A DNA stretch of 63,257 nt, the filler included, from Octopus bimaculoides (lineage: Eukaryota), in NCBI RefSeq assembly GCF_001194135.2. It is 6 parts of 5 records of this genome, joined end to end, with 100 filler letters (N's around TTAATTAATTAA, not from the genome) between each part and the next. Parts side by side here need not be neighbours in the genome. Positions count along the whole stretch, not along the records: positions 1 to 15,047 come from NC_068991.1; positions 15,148 to 37,388 come from NC_068983.1; 4 more parts are not named here. One strand, 5' to 3'. Position numbers and translations under genes: made by a program. The notes beneath the pieces are model-generated. The model did not search any database. It saw nothing but the letters and a program-made list of their open reading frames with translations, and was not told where the DNA came from. Shown one piece after another: positions 10,594 through 25,150 of the stretch (position 1 is the first letter of the stretch; each line of letters starts with the position of its first letter).

Positions 10594-11673
10594 AGAGTAA
10601 AATTCTGAAGCCATCGGGAGCTCATAGTTTGTTATAAATAGCTTTAACTCGGCAACCAAATTTGTCTCGGTCCAGTTTCTCTTTGAGAACTGTTCCGTGT
10701 ACCACACGACNNNNNNNNNNNNNNNNNNNNNNNNNNNNNNNNNNNNNNNNNNNNNNNNNNNNNNNNNNNNNNNNNNNNNNNNNNNNNNNNNNNNNNNNNN
10801 NNNNNNNNNNNNNNNNNNNNNNNNNNNNNNNNNNNNNNNNNNNNNNNNNNNNNNNNNNNNNNNNNNNNNNNNNNNNNNNNNNNNNNNNNNNNNNNNNNNN
10901 NNNNNNNNNNNNNNNNNNNNNNNNNNNNNNNNNNNNNNNNNNNNNNNNNNNNNNNNNNNNNNNNNNNNNNNNNNNNNNNNNNNNNNNNNNNNNNNNNNNN
11001 NNNNNNNNNNNNNNNNNNNNNNNNNNNNNNNNNNNNNNNNNNNNNNNNNNNNNNNNNNNNNNNNNNNNNNNNNNNNNNNNNNNNNNNNNNNNNNNNNNNN
11101 NNNNNNNNNNNNNNNNNNNNNNNNNNNNNNNNNNNNNNNNNNNNNNNNNNNNNCTAGTGATCAGCTCTGCCACACTCAGCCAACTCACTTCACATACAGA
11201 TTCATATTATTGTGTACCCAAGAACTGGTATAATTGTTCACGTGTTATTGACTCTCTTTTTCTCTGCTGTAATATTTCTCATACACACATGTATCACTCA
11301 CATACACACTTTTCTTTGTATGACGGCCTGTCTTTGATTATGTTCTTATATGTCGCATTCACACTCTCACACAGACATACATCTTTAACGCTATAATAAA
11401 TATCTCTGTTATTCATCTAATACGGTTGTGGTCTTTCATTACTGGTCATCTATGTTATCGTCGCATAACATATCATGTATATCATCATTTGATATATATT
11501 TGTATGTTAGACCGTGTGACACGTTTAAATAAAAGGAGTCCTGTTTTTCCATTCGTCACCATTTCTCCTTTTTGAGTTCGCACGGTCGTCCCTTACAGGG
11601 CTATAGAAGAGAATTCAGTATTCGTGGCTGATTACGCGTAACAGTGCGGAAATGCATGAGTCCTACGACCCGG

Positions 11674-11681
11674 TGACGTCA
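11674..11681. promoter_or_regulatory. Canonical CRE palindrome TGACGTCA in CpG-rich sequence
   Basis: Exact 8-mer match only; function not shown. Confidence 0.2.
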
Positions 11682-14600
11682 TTCATATCCCAATGTCTTT
11701 TCACGCGTGTGTATAACGAGGATCTTCTTCTGAGACTATTTCAACAGTGAAAGATGTTTCCATGTACGAATATACCCGAACGTATTAAATAACATTGTGC
11801 ATTCACGTATTTCATTCAACGCTCCTTCGTGTAGCTCTGTTTATAGTATTATATTAATAACACTATGTATATAATGTTGTATATTAATAACAATAACGAT
11901 AATATAGTATTAAATATGACATTAATAATAGTAATTATGATGCAAAATATGCTAACACTAACTATGCATTATATAAAATATACTAAGAACAGTATAATAC
12001 AATACAAAATATATTAATAACAGTAGCGATAATGTAATATCAGATATTATATTAATAGCACTAACTATAATGTAAAAATATTATATTAATAACTGTCTTA
12101 ATATAAGACATTTGATAAATAATAGTAAGCATAGTATAAATTGTTGTGAATGACGTTAATTGGCAAAAACGGTAGATCTTGAATATCCGACTGTACTTAG
12201 GTTCATATTTTTACTTCGAGTTCAAACTCCACCACAGCCCCCTTTATCTACTCGTGCTTGGATTAAATAAATACTAATAACCTACACAGGTTGATTAAAT
12301 AACTTTTGTAGGTTTATTATTACTAAAAGAAGAAATTAACCTTTGCTTTCGTAAGACACACATGCACCCATGCATATACAACTGTGTGCATGTGCTGCAT
12401 ACATATGTATATTCATACATTAATACCTTCATACATCTGTGTACGTACACATACATACACACTCATACACACCTACACACACACACCTACACACATACAC
12501 ATACACACATAAGGAAGATTGTTATTACATGATTACATCAGCTCCACTATATAACTGCACGAGAATATAGTTTTAAATACCACAGAAATGATTAGTTTTT
12601 CCATTTCTTTTTATTTTTATAAGTGGTGGGAGGAATGTCAGCTCACGGCATGGCTGTAATTCAGTCGAATGAAGATTACTTAATGAATAAGATAAAATAA
12701 AAACAAAAAAAAAACAGAGGGAAGCATAATATAAAATATATGAAAAACAACGCAGTGCAAAAGACAGTACCCCTTTCCCCGCCAATAAATAAATAAACTA
12801 AAATAAATCAACGCTAGAAACATAACATAAATATAATAAAATTACCAAAGAGAGAAATAACAGCAGACATAGCAGCAATAACAAATACAAATGAAATCAA
12901 ATAAAACAGAACTGCATCCGGTTCAAGTAAATGTCTAACGTAACTAAACACACGTGACATAATATTAGGTCAGGTGTCAAATCTCAACCGGCTTTCTTCA
13001 TTCAGAGTTAGAATTTTTAGTAATCTAGCTACATTACAGTATTAACTTTCGCTAGTACTTTGGAGATTGCGAAACAGCTACAGGATTTGACATGTATACT
13101 TTTGTAGTCTTTAATTTCGTCCTTCTAAGCTTTAAATTTAGCTATTACTGGGATCAAGGTTGGATTCACTACACACTGATATTGATAAGTATCAGCAATA
13201 TATGTTCTCTGGTAAATTAACTATTAACTCTCTCTGCTGTCAACAAAAATGGCCTTACGTAATAATAGCATCATAAAACAAGACGGAAGCATTTTGGTTG
13301 AGGTCAGTTTCTTTGAATTCTGCTATTAATAACGGTTTCTGATTTTCTGATTTAATTCTGCCTCAAATGACGCATGGCGAATTTTTTTTAACTTTCCAAC
13401 AATCTATCTCCACTTGAATAAAATATGTGTTTTGTATTTAGTCAATAAACGTAATTTGGAGCAAAGGAAAGTTAACGCAACTGGTTTCGATTCTTAGGGG
13501 AAGTTGTTATTAGGTTTTTCACTGGGAAATATTGTTGAAGTCCCATTATTACATCTTCAGGAATACATATGATATTAAAAAATGCTTTATAATTAGTTAT
13601 GCGTATGTGACTTTTACTAAAAGAAAGAAATTATTAAAATCTAAACTGTCTAGAAAGTTCTGAAAATTCCAATCTTATATATATCTTTTATCAAAATGTG
13701 GTTTTTAAGGCCTTTCAAAATATTTCAACTATACAGTTCAATCAGAAAACTAATTTGAATTTACTGCAAGAAAGTCAATATTTTTCAACATCTTACTCCT
13801 TATCCTAATGATAAAGATCTTTGATGTAAAAAATGAATGAAGATTCGTTTTTAAACAGTGCATTGCGTCATTTATTGTAGTTATGGTTATTGTTGTGTCG
13901 TCCAAGAGAAGCTCTAATCGAGCAAGTCTATGACCAGAAACGGTCTTCCGTGATCATGGCATCATTTTCGATATAGCTATCATTATCCAATAATTCTTCC
14001 GTTTTAAAAGACGGCAGTGTTGAATTGGGGAGAATGTCATGATTATTTTTGGCTCATAGTTCTGGCAGTGGATTTTCGGATGAAGTATTTCTGGTAGAAC
14101 TGATTTTAGATACAATAAAAGTATTTGAGGGAGAAAATTCCACTACGTTGTTCAGGGAAACTTTTCGTCTCTGAGCAGTTACTATACAGTATTAAGTGTC
14201 GACTGAGGAATATAAACACATATGTATGACTAAAAACAAACCTACGGAGCATTCAATACAAAAAGTACATCGACATAACTTATTGAAATCTGAAGCCTGA
14301 CAAATATTACTCTGAATTTCTTGGACTCTTATAAAAATTAAACAAAGACATTTAGTATTTTATGAATTTGCTGTAAAAATAGTTGGATATCAGAACGAAT
14401 TTAATAATGCAAGACCTATTTTAACTTGACTTGCAAAAGACACTTGATAGCTATGAAATATTTGACTGGCACTATTATTTTTAACAAACACACGCAATTT
14501 TCATTACATGTATATTATTCACACACATCCCATGCCCAACCCCGCCACATACATGAATATTTATAGGTACAGGCATGACTATGATGTTAAAAAGTCGATT

Positions 14601-15014
14601 AGATCGACTCCAGTACACAAATAGCACTTAATTTATCGACCCCAAAAGGATGAAAGATAAAATCGACCTCGGCGGAATTTGAACTCAGAACGTAAAGACA
14701 GCATCGACTAAGCTATCGAATTTTGTTAGTCTTTCAACACAATGCATTTCCTGGCTCTCTTGTCGTATTCGAATGATGCTATCCCGCTGGTTCGGGCGGG
14801 TAGGTGAACATCACCAATGAATGGAACGTCAGTTCATCAGTTCATCGCAGAGCTGTGGATTTACAGCTGAGTTGACAGGAGCAACGTTAAGACAATCGCT
14901 GATTTGGGAATGGGAATCACGGACTTGTGACCTTGAGGACAACACCAAAATTACTAACTCATGTACTTTCTCTACCCCCTCTCTCTCTCTCTCTCACCAC
15001 ACACACACATGCAT

Positions 15015-15047
<33 letters not shown>

Positions 15048-15752
15048 NNNNNNNNNNNNNNNNNNNNNNNNNNNNNNNNNNNNNNNNNNNNTTAATTAAT
15101 TAANNNNNNNNNNNNNNNNNNNNNNNNNNNNNNNNNNNNNNNNNNNNATATATATATATATATATATAGCATATTAGTAATGATAGAGTAAAATGTATCA
15201 GAAGATATGAAAGTATCTAGTTTTTTTTTTTCTTCTTCTATTTATAAACAGAGATATATATAATGTCAGGAATTTTCCAAAGAAATGATAGACCACAGCC
15301 AATCTTTCCACTGCTAGACATCTACACCAAATGTAAAATTAGCTGTAGTGTACTTTTTGCTTAAGAAAATTCATATATTTTATACTTCTGTATATAAATT
15401 ATCATAAAAAAAGAAAAGATATTCTATCTTCTAACTTATTATATCCATCACTATTTATATTTTTCAGTGAACACATCCAAGAACTCTTACTCCCATATAT
15501 TGCATGTATATATTAATGTGTGTGTATGTATTACATATATATACTAAATGCATATATGTTTATATATATTTATATGTATGTGTGTGAGTTTATATAAGTG
15601 GAGCTGTATGTATATGTGTGTGCATGTATATATGTTTATATATATACATACACACATATGTATATTATATGTATGTACATGTATATATTTATAATTCATC
15701 ATCATCATTTAATGACTGTGTTTCATGGTGGTATGTGTTGGATTGTCCAACC

Positions 15753-15796
<44 letters not shown>

Positions 15797-16539
15797 CAGC
15801 CTGATGACTTCTTGCAAACATGGCATGTTATAAAAACCTGCCTAGACCCACATCTCCAAAGCAAGAAACTATTAGTAGCTCATATCTTTATGCTGTGTGC
15901 AGTAAATAATATTTGTCTCTCACTTAGAGTACTTTTTTTGTTGAGCTTACCTTAACAGAACAGTAAGTTATTTATACAGACACACACATCTANNNNNNNN
16001 NNNNNNNNNNNNNNNNNNNNNNNNNNNNNNNNNNNNNNNNNNNNNNNNNNNNNNNNNNNNNNNNNNNNNNNNNNNNNNNNNNNNNNNNNNNNNNNNNNNN
16101 NNNNNNNNNNNNNNNNNNNNNNNNNNNNNNNNNNNNNNNNNNNNNNNNNNNNNNNNNNNNNNNNNNNNNNNNNNNNNNNNNNNNNNNNNNNNNNNNNNNN
16201 NNNNNNNNNNNNNNNNNNNNNNNNNNNNNNNNNNNNNNNNNNNNNNNNNNNNNNNNNNNNNNNNNNNNNNNNNNNNNNNNNNNNNNNNNNNNNNNNNNNN
16301 NNNNNNNNNNNNNNNNNNNNNNNNNNNNNNNNNNNNNNNTACACTGTCAGTAAACTGAGGAAACCCTAGCTGTGAATGACAAAAGGCTTAGAAGAATTGT
16401 CAAATAAAGAGAAAACTGAGAGGGAATTTACATTCATTATTGCCCATAATGAAACATAAACAAATGACAAGTTCACAGTAAATAATAAAAATAATGCTAA
16501 CCATGCATTATAAAGTACTGCTGTTGTTGTTACTACTAC

Positions 16540-16581
<42 letters not shown>

Positions 16582-17814
16582 TAATAATAATAATAATAAT
16601 AGAGTTTATTTTTCTTGTAAAATATTGGTCAATTCTTTCATGTGTGAAAAAATGTCCTAATTTATGAAGTAGTATTAAATATGCTGCTATTATCTTTATA
16701 TTACTCTTAGTATTTTCCTTATTTGCATTTATTTTCTCCTAAAAGCCTTTCAAAAAGAGCAGAGTTTTATTTTTATATTTTAACTGATTTTTCTAAAATT
16801 AAACATTTCATTTAATGTATAACTTTTAAAAAGTTATCAATATTAGCAATTGGTTAAGTGACAAGCTCAAGAATTAACTTCGCAGAATCATTTTTCTAAA
16901 TTCAGTCATTTTACAGCTCATAACTCAATTGATTTAATCCAGTACAAGGTTTAAAAAATTCTTTAAAAATTACATTTAAACTGCAATTATATTCCCTTTG
17001 TTGTATTTCTTAGATTTCATTAGTTGATCTATCAAATCTGATTTAATTGTTCTCTTCTTGTCATCATTTAATGATATTGTAATGATGATGAATGATAAAG
17101 TGGAAGAGACTGTTTTACATGAATAATCCTTCATATTGACATGTTTTATTTTGAAAGTTTTCTATAGTGTTCTTCCTTTTCATAATTAATTCATTAAATA
17201 TAGAGCCCCAGTACATAAAAGTACATTCTACTGACCTCACTGCCAATTAGGCTATGGGCTTCTCAATCAATAGTGGATTCAAAAATCAAAATGGATCTCT
17301 TTCAATACTTACCTCTAGTGTTGCAGAAATTCCTTATTTGTTTAGAAAACAAATACCATTAATTTATCTAAAATTGATACAAAATGATACTGTTGATACA
17401 TATATTTCATTCACTAGCTACCTGACTTGTAGGTATTATATATGAATTGGTCTTATATCTGTGTCTCTTTCCTACATTCTGAGACAAACATATATCGGTC
17501 AACATGTATTAGTGTAGATTACAGATGCAGATTCATGTGTTTTATTTATTCGAATGTATCTTTAATATATTTAACTAAAAATGTTGTCATTCTATTCATG
17601 TTTGCCTAATTTTTTTTCTCTTCATTGCTATCTAGTATACAAAATTTATTTAACACCACAAATTAGTCTATTAATACAATTTCTTTTACCAAAAGTAATC
17701 TTAAGAGAAGAAGAAGAAAAAATAATTTCTTGGCACTTTTGCTATTTACCTTATTCATATGAAATGTGTTAAAGTTACAGACTCTCTACTGAACCACAAA
17801 AAAAATTAAACAAA

Positions 17815-17857
<43 letters not shown>

Positions 17858-20164
17858 TCATAAAAAAGAGTTATTTACTAAAATTCACCCTAACCCTATA
17901 TGACACTTTCTGTTTTTCCCTTATCAATTTGTTACATTTGAAAATAATTGACTTTTCTACAACAATCCCATTTTTGTGTTTGCTGATCTTCAGAGTTTTA
18001 TTGTCTGTTATTTTAAACCTATTTACTAACCTGTTGCAGTTTCTTTTTGTTCATTGCTGATTGTTCCATGACAAACACAATTGTGATATTTATTATTTTT
18101 GGTCCATTTATAATTTAAATATGATGTTATGAGTTTAGTAGTTTTCTATGTTTTGTTTTCATATCTACTATTTACAATCAAAATCCATGTTGGTTATAAA
18201 ACTATTGAAAAACAAAGCAACTTCATAAACAATTATTTCCCTTGGGTCAGGATGACTTTACATGTTGTGAACAGGTGGGATTGTCAAGAGATAGAAATGT
18301 TTATTTACCTCGTGTGTGTGTGCATATGTCAAAATAATTTATATAATGCACTCACTTCTTCACAGTCCAGTTCTTATAGAAATTATCAGAATCCTTACTC
18401 TTAGTGTGATGCAAAGAAAAGCACAGCTATTCATTTGATAGTAGATCTTATCAAAATTGAGTGAAGTCCTAAATTTTCAAATAGAAAAGATAAAGGGTCT
18501 CTGTTTCAGTTTTGTTTTAATGAGTGTCAAAATTTCACCTCAGATATTCAAAGCACTGAATATTGTTACATTAGATATTAACCCTAATTTTACTATCAAA
18601 ATCTTTGTCCTTGACTGTTATTCATGTAAAAGTGCTGTATAAAACATAGAGTGGTACTATTTGCATAAACATTATTAATAGTTAATTTTAAATTTATGTT
18701 GTGGTTATCCTAGTTTTTTATTTGATTAGAATTCTTAATTTTAGCCTTTCATTTCATTTATGTAGCCTATAGGGCTCAAAACAAAAAGAACAACGTTATA
18801 CAATTTAATTTCCTTCTCTATAAATCTGTTATTTCATGTTCATGAAAAAATCCAGTCATAAGTTATGTTATTTGATATTTATATAGTTAACAAATAAAAT
18901 ACTTTAGTATTTACTAAGGTATTTAGTGTCCTACAGTATTGGAATTTATTCCTCTCCTGAATGTCAGTCATTTTTGACTCATTCCAAGCATATCAAAGAA
19001 TTTAATCCATATACTTTATAAAGTTTCTAGAATTTCGCAGATCTTGAAGGTAGTAAATCAACTGTCTTAGCTGATCTGCACATGGAGTTTCTTATTTGAA
19101 ATAAGTAGTGTATATATAACTTGGTAGGTTATTATGACAATAAAGATGTTGATGTCATGTTCTCAATTTTTGGTCACATATTGATAGCTTGAGAATGGCT
19201 GGTTCCTAATTTTTCATAACTTTTATAACTGCACAAAACAAATTATCCATACCACCATTGTTGAGTCTTGTTTTTCCACTGTTAAAGAACACTTATGAAA
19301 TATTTTAATTCTTTTTTTTTTTCCATCACTTTTGCAAGGTTGTTGATATATTTTAAACCATCCTCCATAGTTAAAATTTATTAAAACTGTCCTCTCCCAG
19401 AGGATATTGACACAGCTTCCTACAAACACATGCATGCCCTAACAAACATACACACACATCTGTGTGTGTATGTATGTATGTGTATGTGATAAATTTTCAT
19501 GTCAAGAACTGTATATGAGTGTTCAGAAACAAAACAGACATAAGAAAATGTTATGGTTGAAAGAGTTTGTTTTAATGTTTTAACAGAAATAAGTTTGTGC
19601 ATAGTGTACACCACTCACTCCTTCTAACTGTCTAACACAAATTTGTGCACAGTGTTTCATATGCTAGGGAAGGTAGGGGTGCAAAAGCCAAGCAGATCAG
19701 TGTTGGTATCCTTTACTATTGTAGTCCATATCATATGTCATGTTCTCCTTGAAGAAATTTGTTTAATAATATCAAACATATGCAAAAACAGATTGTAGAA
19801 ACAAACTGCAATGCACAGAATAACACATATAACCACAATGTGACTCCTCAACTACTTACTGCTATGGTCAAGGTTTTAAGGGTCCATCACTTCCAAAGTG
19901 AGCTGATAGCATGCTTGTTTACCACCTCAAGTATTTTTGTGTCTTTGTACATTATCACTTGATACTCATTAATTTTATGCTGGGTTTATATCCAAATCTG
20001 TGATAGGATGTGTTTTTGTCCTGCTGGGTTTTCATCAACCACTCTTCACCATGCAAAACTGGTGGTGGTGCCAATTTAGTTACAATGACTCAACCAAGTA
20101 ACAAATTATACTAGATTTCTTGTTACCAGTAGCATTCTGAGAGATTTGACATCACATCATATAT

Positions 20165-20557
20165 ATGGCATGACTGAGTAGTAAGAAGCTTGCTTTCCAG
20201 CCACATGGTTCCGGGTTCAGTCCCACTGCATGGCACTTTTGGCAAGTGTTTTCTACTATAGCCTCAGGCTGACTAAAGCCTTGTGAGTGGATTTGATAGA
20301 CAGAAACTGAAAGAATCCCATCATACATATATATATATATATATATATGGATATATTTGTGTGTCTGTGTTTGTCCCCCAACCATTGCTTGACAACTGAT
20401 GTTGATGAGTTTATATCCCCATTACTAGTGGTTCAGCAAAAGAGACTGATAAAGTAAGTACTGGGCTTACAAAGAATAAGTCCTGAGGTCGATTTGTTCA
20501 ACTAAAGGCAATGCTCCAGCATGGCCACAGTCAAATGACTGAAACAAGTAAAAGAAT
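20165..20557 (+). mobile_element. CORE-type tRNA SINE, family B (internal TA/TG microsatellite), CpG-decayed
   Basis: Head ..GGTTCCGGGTTCAGTCCCACTGCATGGCACTTTTGGCAAGTG and tail GACTGAAACAAGTAAAAGAA; matches 47248-47690, 58905-59140 and 60314-60615. Confidence 0.85.
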
Positions 20558-21443
20558 NNNNNNNNNNNNNNNNNNNNNNNNNNNNNNNNNNNNNNNNNNN
20601 NNNNNNNNNNNNNNNNNNNNNNNNNNNNNNNNNNNNNNNNNNNNNNNNNNNNNNNNNNNNNNNNNNNNNNNNNNNNNNNNNNNNNNNNNNNNNNNNNNNN
20701 NNNNNNNNNNNNNNNNATAGTTGTTTTAAATAAGTGTAGAAAGGATAATATTCTACAAATCTTAAATTTTATTGACCAAAGAATTATCCTTTAATGCTTT
20801 AAGTTGTATAGCTTGAGTCAGCCCTAACTGAGCAAATATTATATGGAAAAATAAAGGTTTAGTTAAATTTGGCAGCTATTTCTAGCACATTGAGCTACCA
20901 TGAAGAGGTTATCTTTATTTGCTCAAGTAGTGTTTTTGTTGGGGTTTTTTTTTGGTTTTTTAGTTCTAATCATCATCTTTACTATGACTTGCAAATTTAT
21001 CAGAGATTTCAAAATGGGCTATGACTATTGCAGTATAAGGAAGGTAACTCTGACGTTTTATTTATAATCATGATAAAGAAATTGCCATTAATTTTAAGAT
21101 ACTGTTTCATTTGTAAGACAAAACATCAGTATTCTGCATATAACGGTAAACAATTCTCCTATTTTTTCTCCTTAGATAAATTAAAGCATTGAAATGCCAA
21201 GATTTAATGCACTCACATGAGAAATAATGAATGTAAATTACAGTTGTTAGCCAAGTAACTTACTCACTGTGTAGTCATTCACTTGGTTAGCAGTTCTAAG
21301 TAATAAAATTCTTAAAAATATGAGATGAATTCTGACTTTTCAAACAAAGTGTTTCTTCAAAAGCAGTTGTAAATCACCACACTTCAATTACATTTTAATT
21401 TAGAGTCTTTTACATCTTTTCATCACTCCTATATTCTTCATTC

Positions 21444-21514
<71 letters not shown>

Positions 21515-21912
21515 GCCTCTCAGCATAGAATATTATTTTGTACTTATCAGCTATACCCACATGCATTATCTACCTATAGTTAGATAGGTAGAAGACAGAT
21601 ATGGCCAAGTAGTTAAGTTTACATTGCAACCATGAAGTTCTGCATTTGATTCCCTTGCATGGCATTTTGAGCAAATATCTTTTAAAACAGGCTTGAATTA
21701 CTTAAGCTTGAGTAGATGCCTTTTAGATGGACTGTAATTCAACATCCAGCCTTGTCACACTGTCATGTTGATTCTACATGAGAATTGCATTTAGGATGTA
21801 CTTGTCTGTCTCATCAGCCACTTCATCCACTGATTGAATGTATAGGTCTTTTACTTGAATGAATAACTGGCATTAATACATCATACAAATGCCAATCATC
21901 ATCATCATCATC

Positions 21913-21963
<51 letters not shown>

Positions 21964-24849
21964 CACATTACTTGGGGAAAATTGTCTAGTACCCGTAATG
22001 TGTTGCCTAGTTTCAAATCGTAGTTGTAACACTTACACCCATAAATCTTTGTATTTATGTTAGAATTAACTATTCATTAAGAGACTTAGAATCATGAATC
22101 TTTATAGATTTTCATATTAATTGTGTTGCCTTTTTTCTTGGTAAAATTATTTAATTAAATATTTTCCAGTTGAATCTACTGTAAAAAATCAAGTGGTCAT
22201 TCAAACATTCCACATCACACCACTTATTCTGCAACTCTTCAGGTAGTATTTCAACTACAAACAATATGATTACATTCAACACTGTCATATTATAGTACAG
22301 AACTTTAGTGGGCAACAATATCCACAACCTTATCCATTACATCCAATCCACTACTATATTTTATGTGTCTAGATCCAGTTTTTGATCCATGTTATTATTC
22401 AACAAGTTCATTATCTTTGTGATATTATCATTAATTTATTCTTTAATTAAGCCATTAACTTAGTAAATCAAAGTTATATTAAGTGTGTGTATTTCATTTG
22501 TTTTTGTATTTTGATTTAATACCAGAAATGTTAAGTCTATAATCACCTGATCTTCCTACCTTTTTCCACCGCTTTTTCTCACTTCTCTGAAATAGCAGTG
22601 GATAGTTGTATAAGAATGATGGATTAAATATCTTAGAGCATTTAATTTCTCCTTTCTATATTCTAAATTTAAAATATGCCTGAGCCATCTTTATATTTCA
22701 TGTTTCCAAGGTCAGTAAATTAAGTTTCAGTTGTTAATTTGATCAGTTTTCTTATCATACTCAACTCTTTTAATTATTGGCTTTGTGCCTATATAAGGAA
22801 ACTGTTACAATAAAGTCTTAGCAAAGAAAAATCACAACATTGTTTTAATTCCTAGCCATATCCACTTCACTGAAGTTACCTATGCCCATACACATTATGT
22901 AATTTCATTTACCCTACTATATGAAGCTGAGATTTAATGTCTGTGAGAAGTCAATTGTATAAGTTACCATAACCAACATGGATGTCTGATAGGCCTCAGG
23001 GAGAAAATATGACTGTCACAATTTTACCTTCCTTTTCTTATAGAAGATGAAATGTCTGTCTTGGCAATTTTTGGTTGGTGTCCTTCACCTTGTAAACAAT
23101 GGTGTGCTAATTTGTCATTACTAACAGTAAAAAACATAAAGAAATTTAAAATTCAAAAACTAATTTGCCTAAAGAAAAATTACTTAGCAGCTACTGACAA
23201 AATTAGCAATTTTGCATCTTTTACGAAGAGATAAAGGAAAAGGGAAAATAGATCAAGAAAGTTATTTTTTGCTTAAGAAAGTTACTTTTCTATCATAGAG
23301 CTATTTTCGTAGTGTAGTGATAAGTAAATAAGTTATGAACTTATAATTCATAACTTTTATTACATTCTGTTATGAATTGTTTTATAATAATTTATAATCC
23401 ACTAATTAGTGGCAAAGGGACAACTCTGTGTTAATGACTAATATACATACACCAAAACTCCATTTCTATCTCTTACTATCCAGACAAGTAAATATGACTT
23501 GTTTGGTTCAGGTTTATGTATGGAGTGACATTACATTGTCTTCAGTTCCACTAATTTGATTGGTCTTCTACTTTCACTTTACTTCATCACTTCACCTGAA
23601 AACAAAGGAAACCATACACTTCTACTGCATATTTCCATTTACCTCCCACTACTTCAGAAACCACACTCGTAACCATCTAGTACTATCACTACTAACTCTG
23701 TTATCATAACTGCCCTTTTACCATAATAACAGATATTTTATAAGCTTTATATAGTCTATTGAGTTGTTATTTAACTAATATAGGAGTGTAATGAGGATAA
23801 AAATGTTTTTTTTCTTTTTAGATTGCTAATACACAAAGAAAAACAATGAACATCACAGCTTTTTAATCTTATCCTTCTCTAACACTGCCTAAATTAAGCA
23901 ATAATTATCAGAAACATTTTAGACTCACTTTCAGTCCATCTTTATCTTGCTTTTTGAAATAATACCATTATGTTGTTTGATGGACTTAACCTACTATGCC
24001 TGATAAGTCACTATGTTTAATGAAAAAAAATCTCCCCTCCCTTTCAAATATTAAGGTGTTAGTAAACCCATGCCTTTTAAGATAATGTAATTTTAGTAAT
24101 GTGTCTGCTACTTTTCATGCTTGGTAATGTTACTTCATTTTTCTCAAATGAATTTTTTTTCAAAACTTATTTTAGATTTAGAAATATAACACACTTCCAT
24201 ATCTATATAAAAACATGCAAATTTATTAACTCATTTATTGTCAAACATGTAAATAATTTCCTCTGTGAAAAAATCCACAGTAATAATTTATGGAAGAATG
24301 GTAGCAGGATAAAAGGTTTGGAAACTAAATGGAAATACAGGATAATTCTATTGCCAAATCTTTCTGTCAGAGAATTTCATATAATAAAGTTATTTTTTTA
24401 GATCAACCTAAATAAAAATAACATTAATAATGATATTTTTCTTGTGGAAAGAAAATAAATATATATATACATATATATATTTTGAACAAGATGTAATTTC
24501 ATCTAAAATTGTAATAAATAAACTGACATCAGTCTTTTCTCTGTAATTATTTTCATCTCTCAAGAGTATTTATCAAAATTTATTAACCATATATCTATCA
24601 AGAATATGCAGATATTTTTTGAATGTGTAGGTGCATGTTTTTGTCTCTCTCTGCTCAATAATTTCTGTGATGCAACTCTGAATTTGTTCTTGTTTGTTTG
24701 TTGGTTGGTTTTTTACTATTTTTATCATTAACAACAATAATAGTTTAATTAATCACTAATAACTTCATTAGATAGAGAATGCAGCTATATTAAGAATGAA
24801 AAAGTACTGTAGGCTAAAACTATGATTTTACTCCCAATACTATGTAATA

Positions 24850-25114
24850 TAATATTGATTGGCAGTATCAAACAAAATGTCTTGTGGTGTTTAATTACAC
24901 TAATTGACATTCTGATTTTGCATCCTGCAAGGTCTTGATAAAATAAATACCAGTCAAGAACTGGAGTTGGTTGTAATCAATTCTATTCTCACTAAAATTT
25001 TGAAGCCTTGTATTTATGTTTAAAATTAGTACTTCATAATATAATATAGGCTTTCATTTCTTAAATTTACTTTGTAGCATCATCAGCTTCTTGGTATTCT
25101 TCTAATTTAATGTT

Positions 25115-25150
<36 letters not shown>

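Noticed and set aside
15092-15103. TTAATTAATTAA between N-runs (also 37433-37444, 42672-42683, 54414-54425, 62031-62042)
   Set aside because: An identical palindromic six-frame-stop 12-mer centred in about 100-bp N blocks is an artificial scaffold spacer. It also means adjacency across these joins is uncertain.
15790-15901. Exon-like frame PDDFLQTWHVIKTCLDPHLQSKKLL
   Set aside because: It is the reverse complement of an interspersed repeat also present at 60751-60813.
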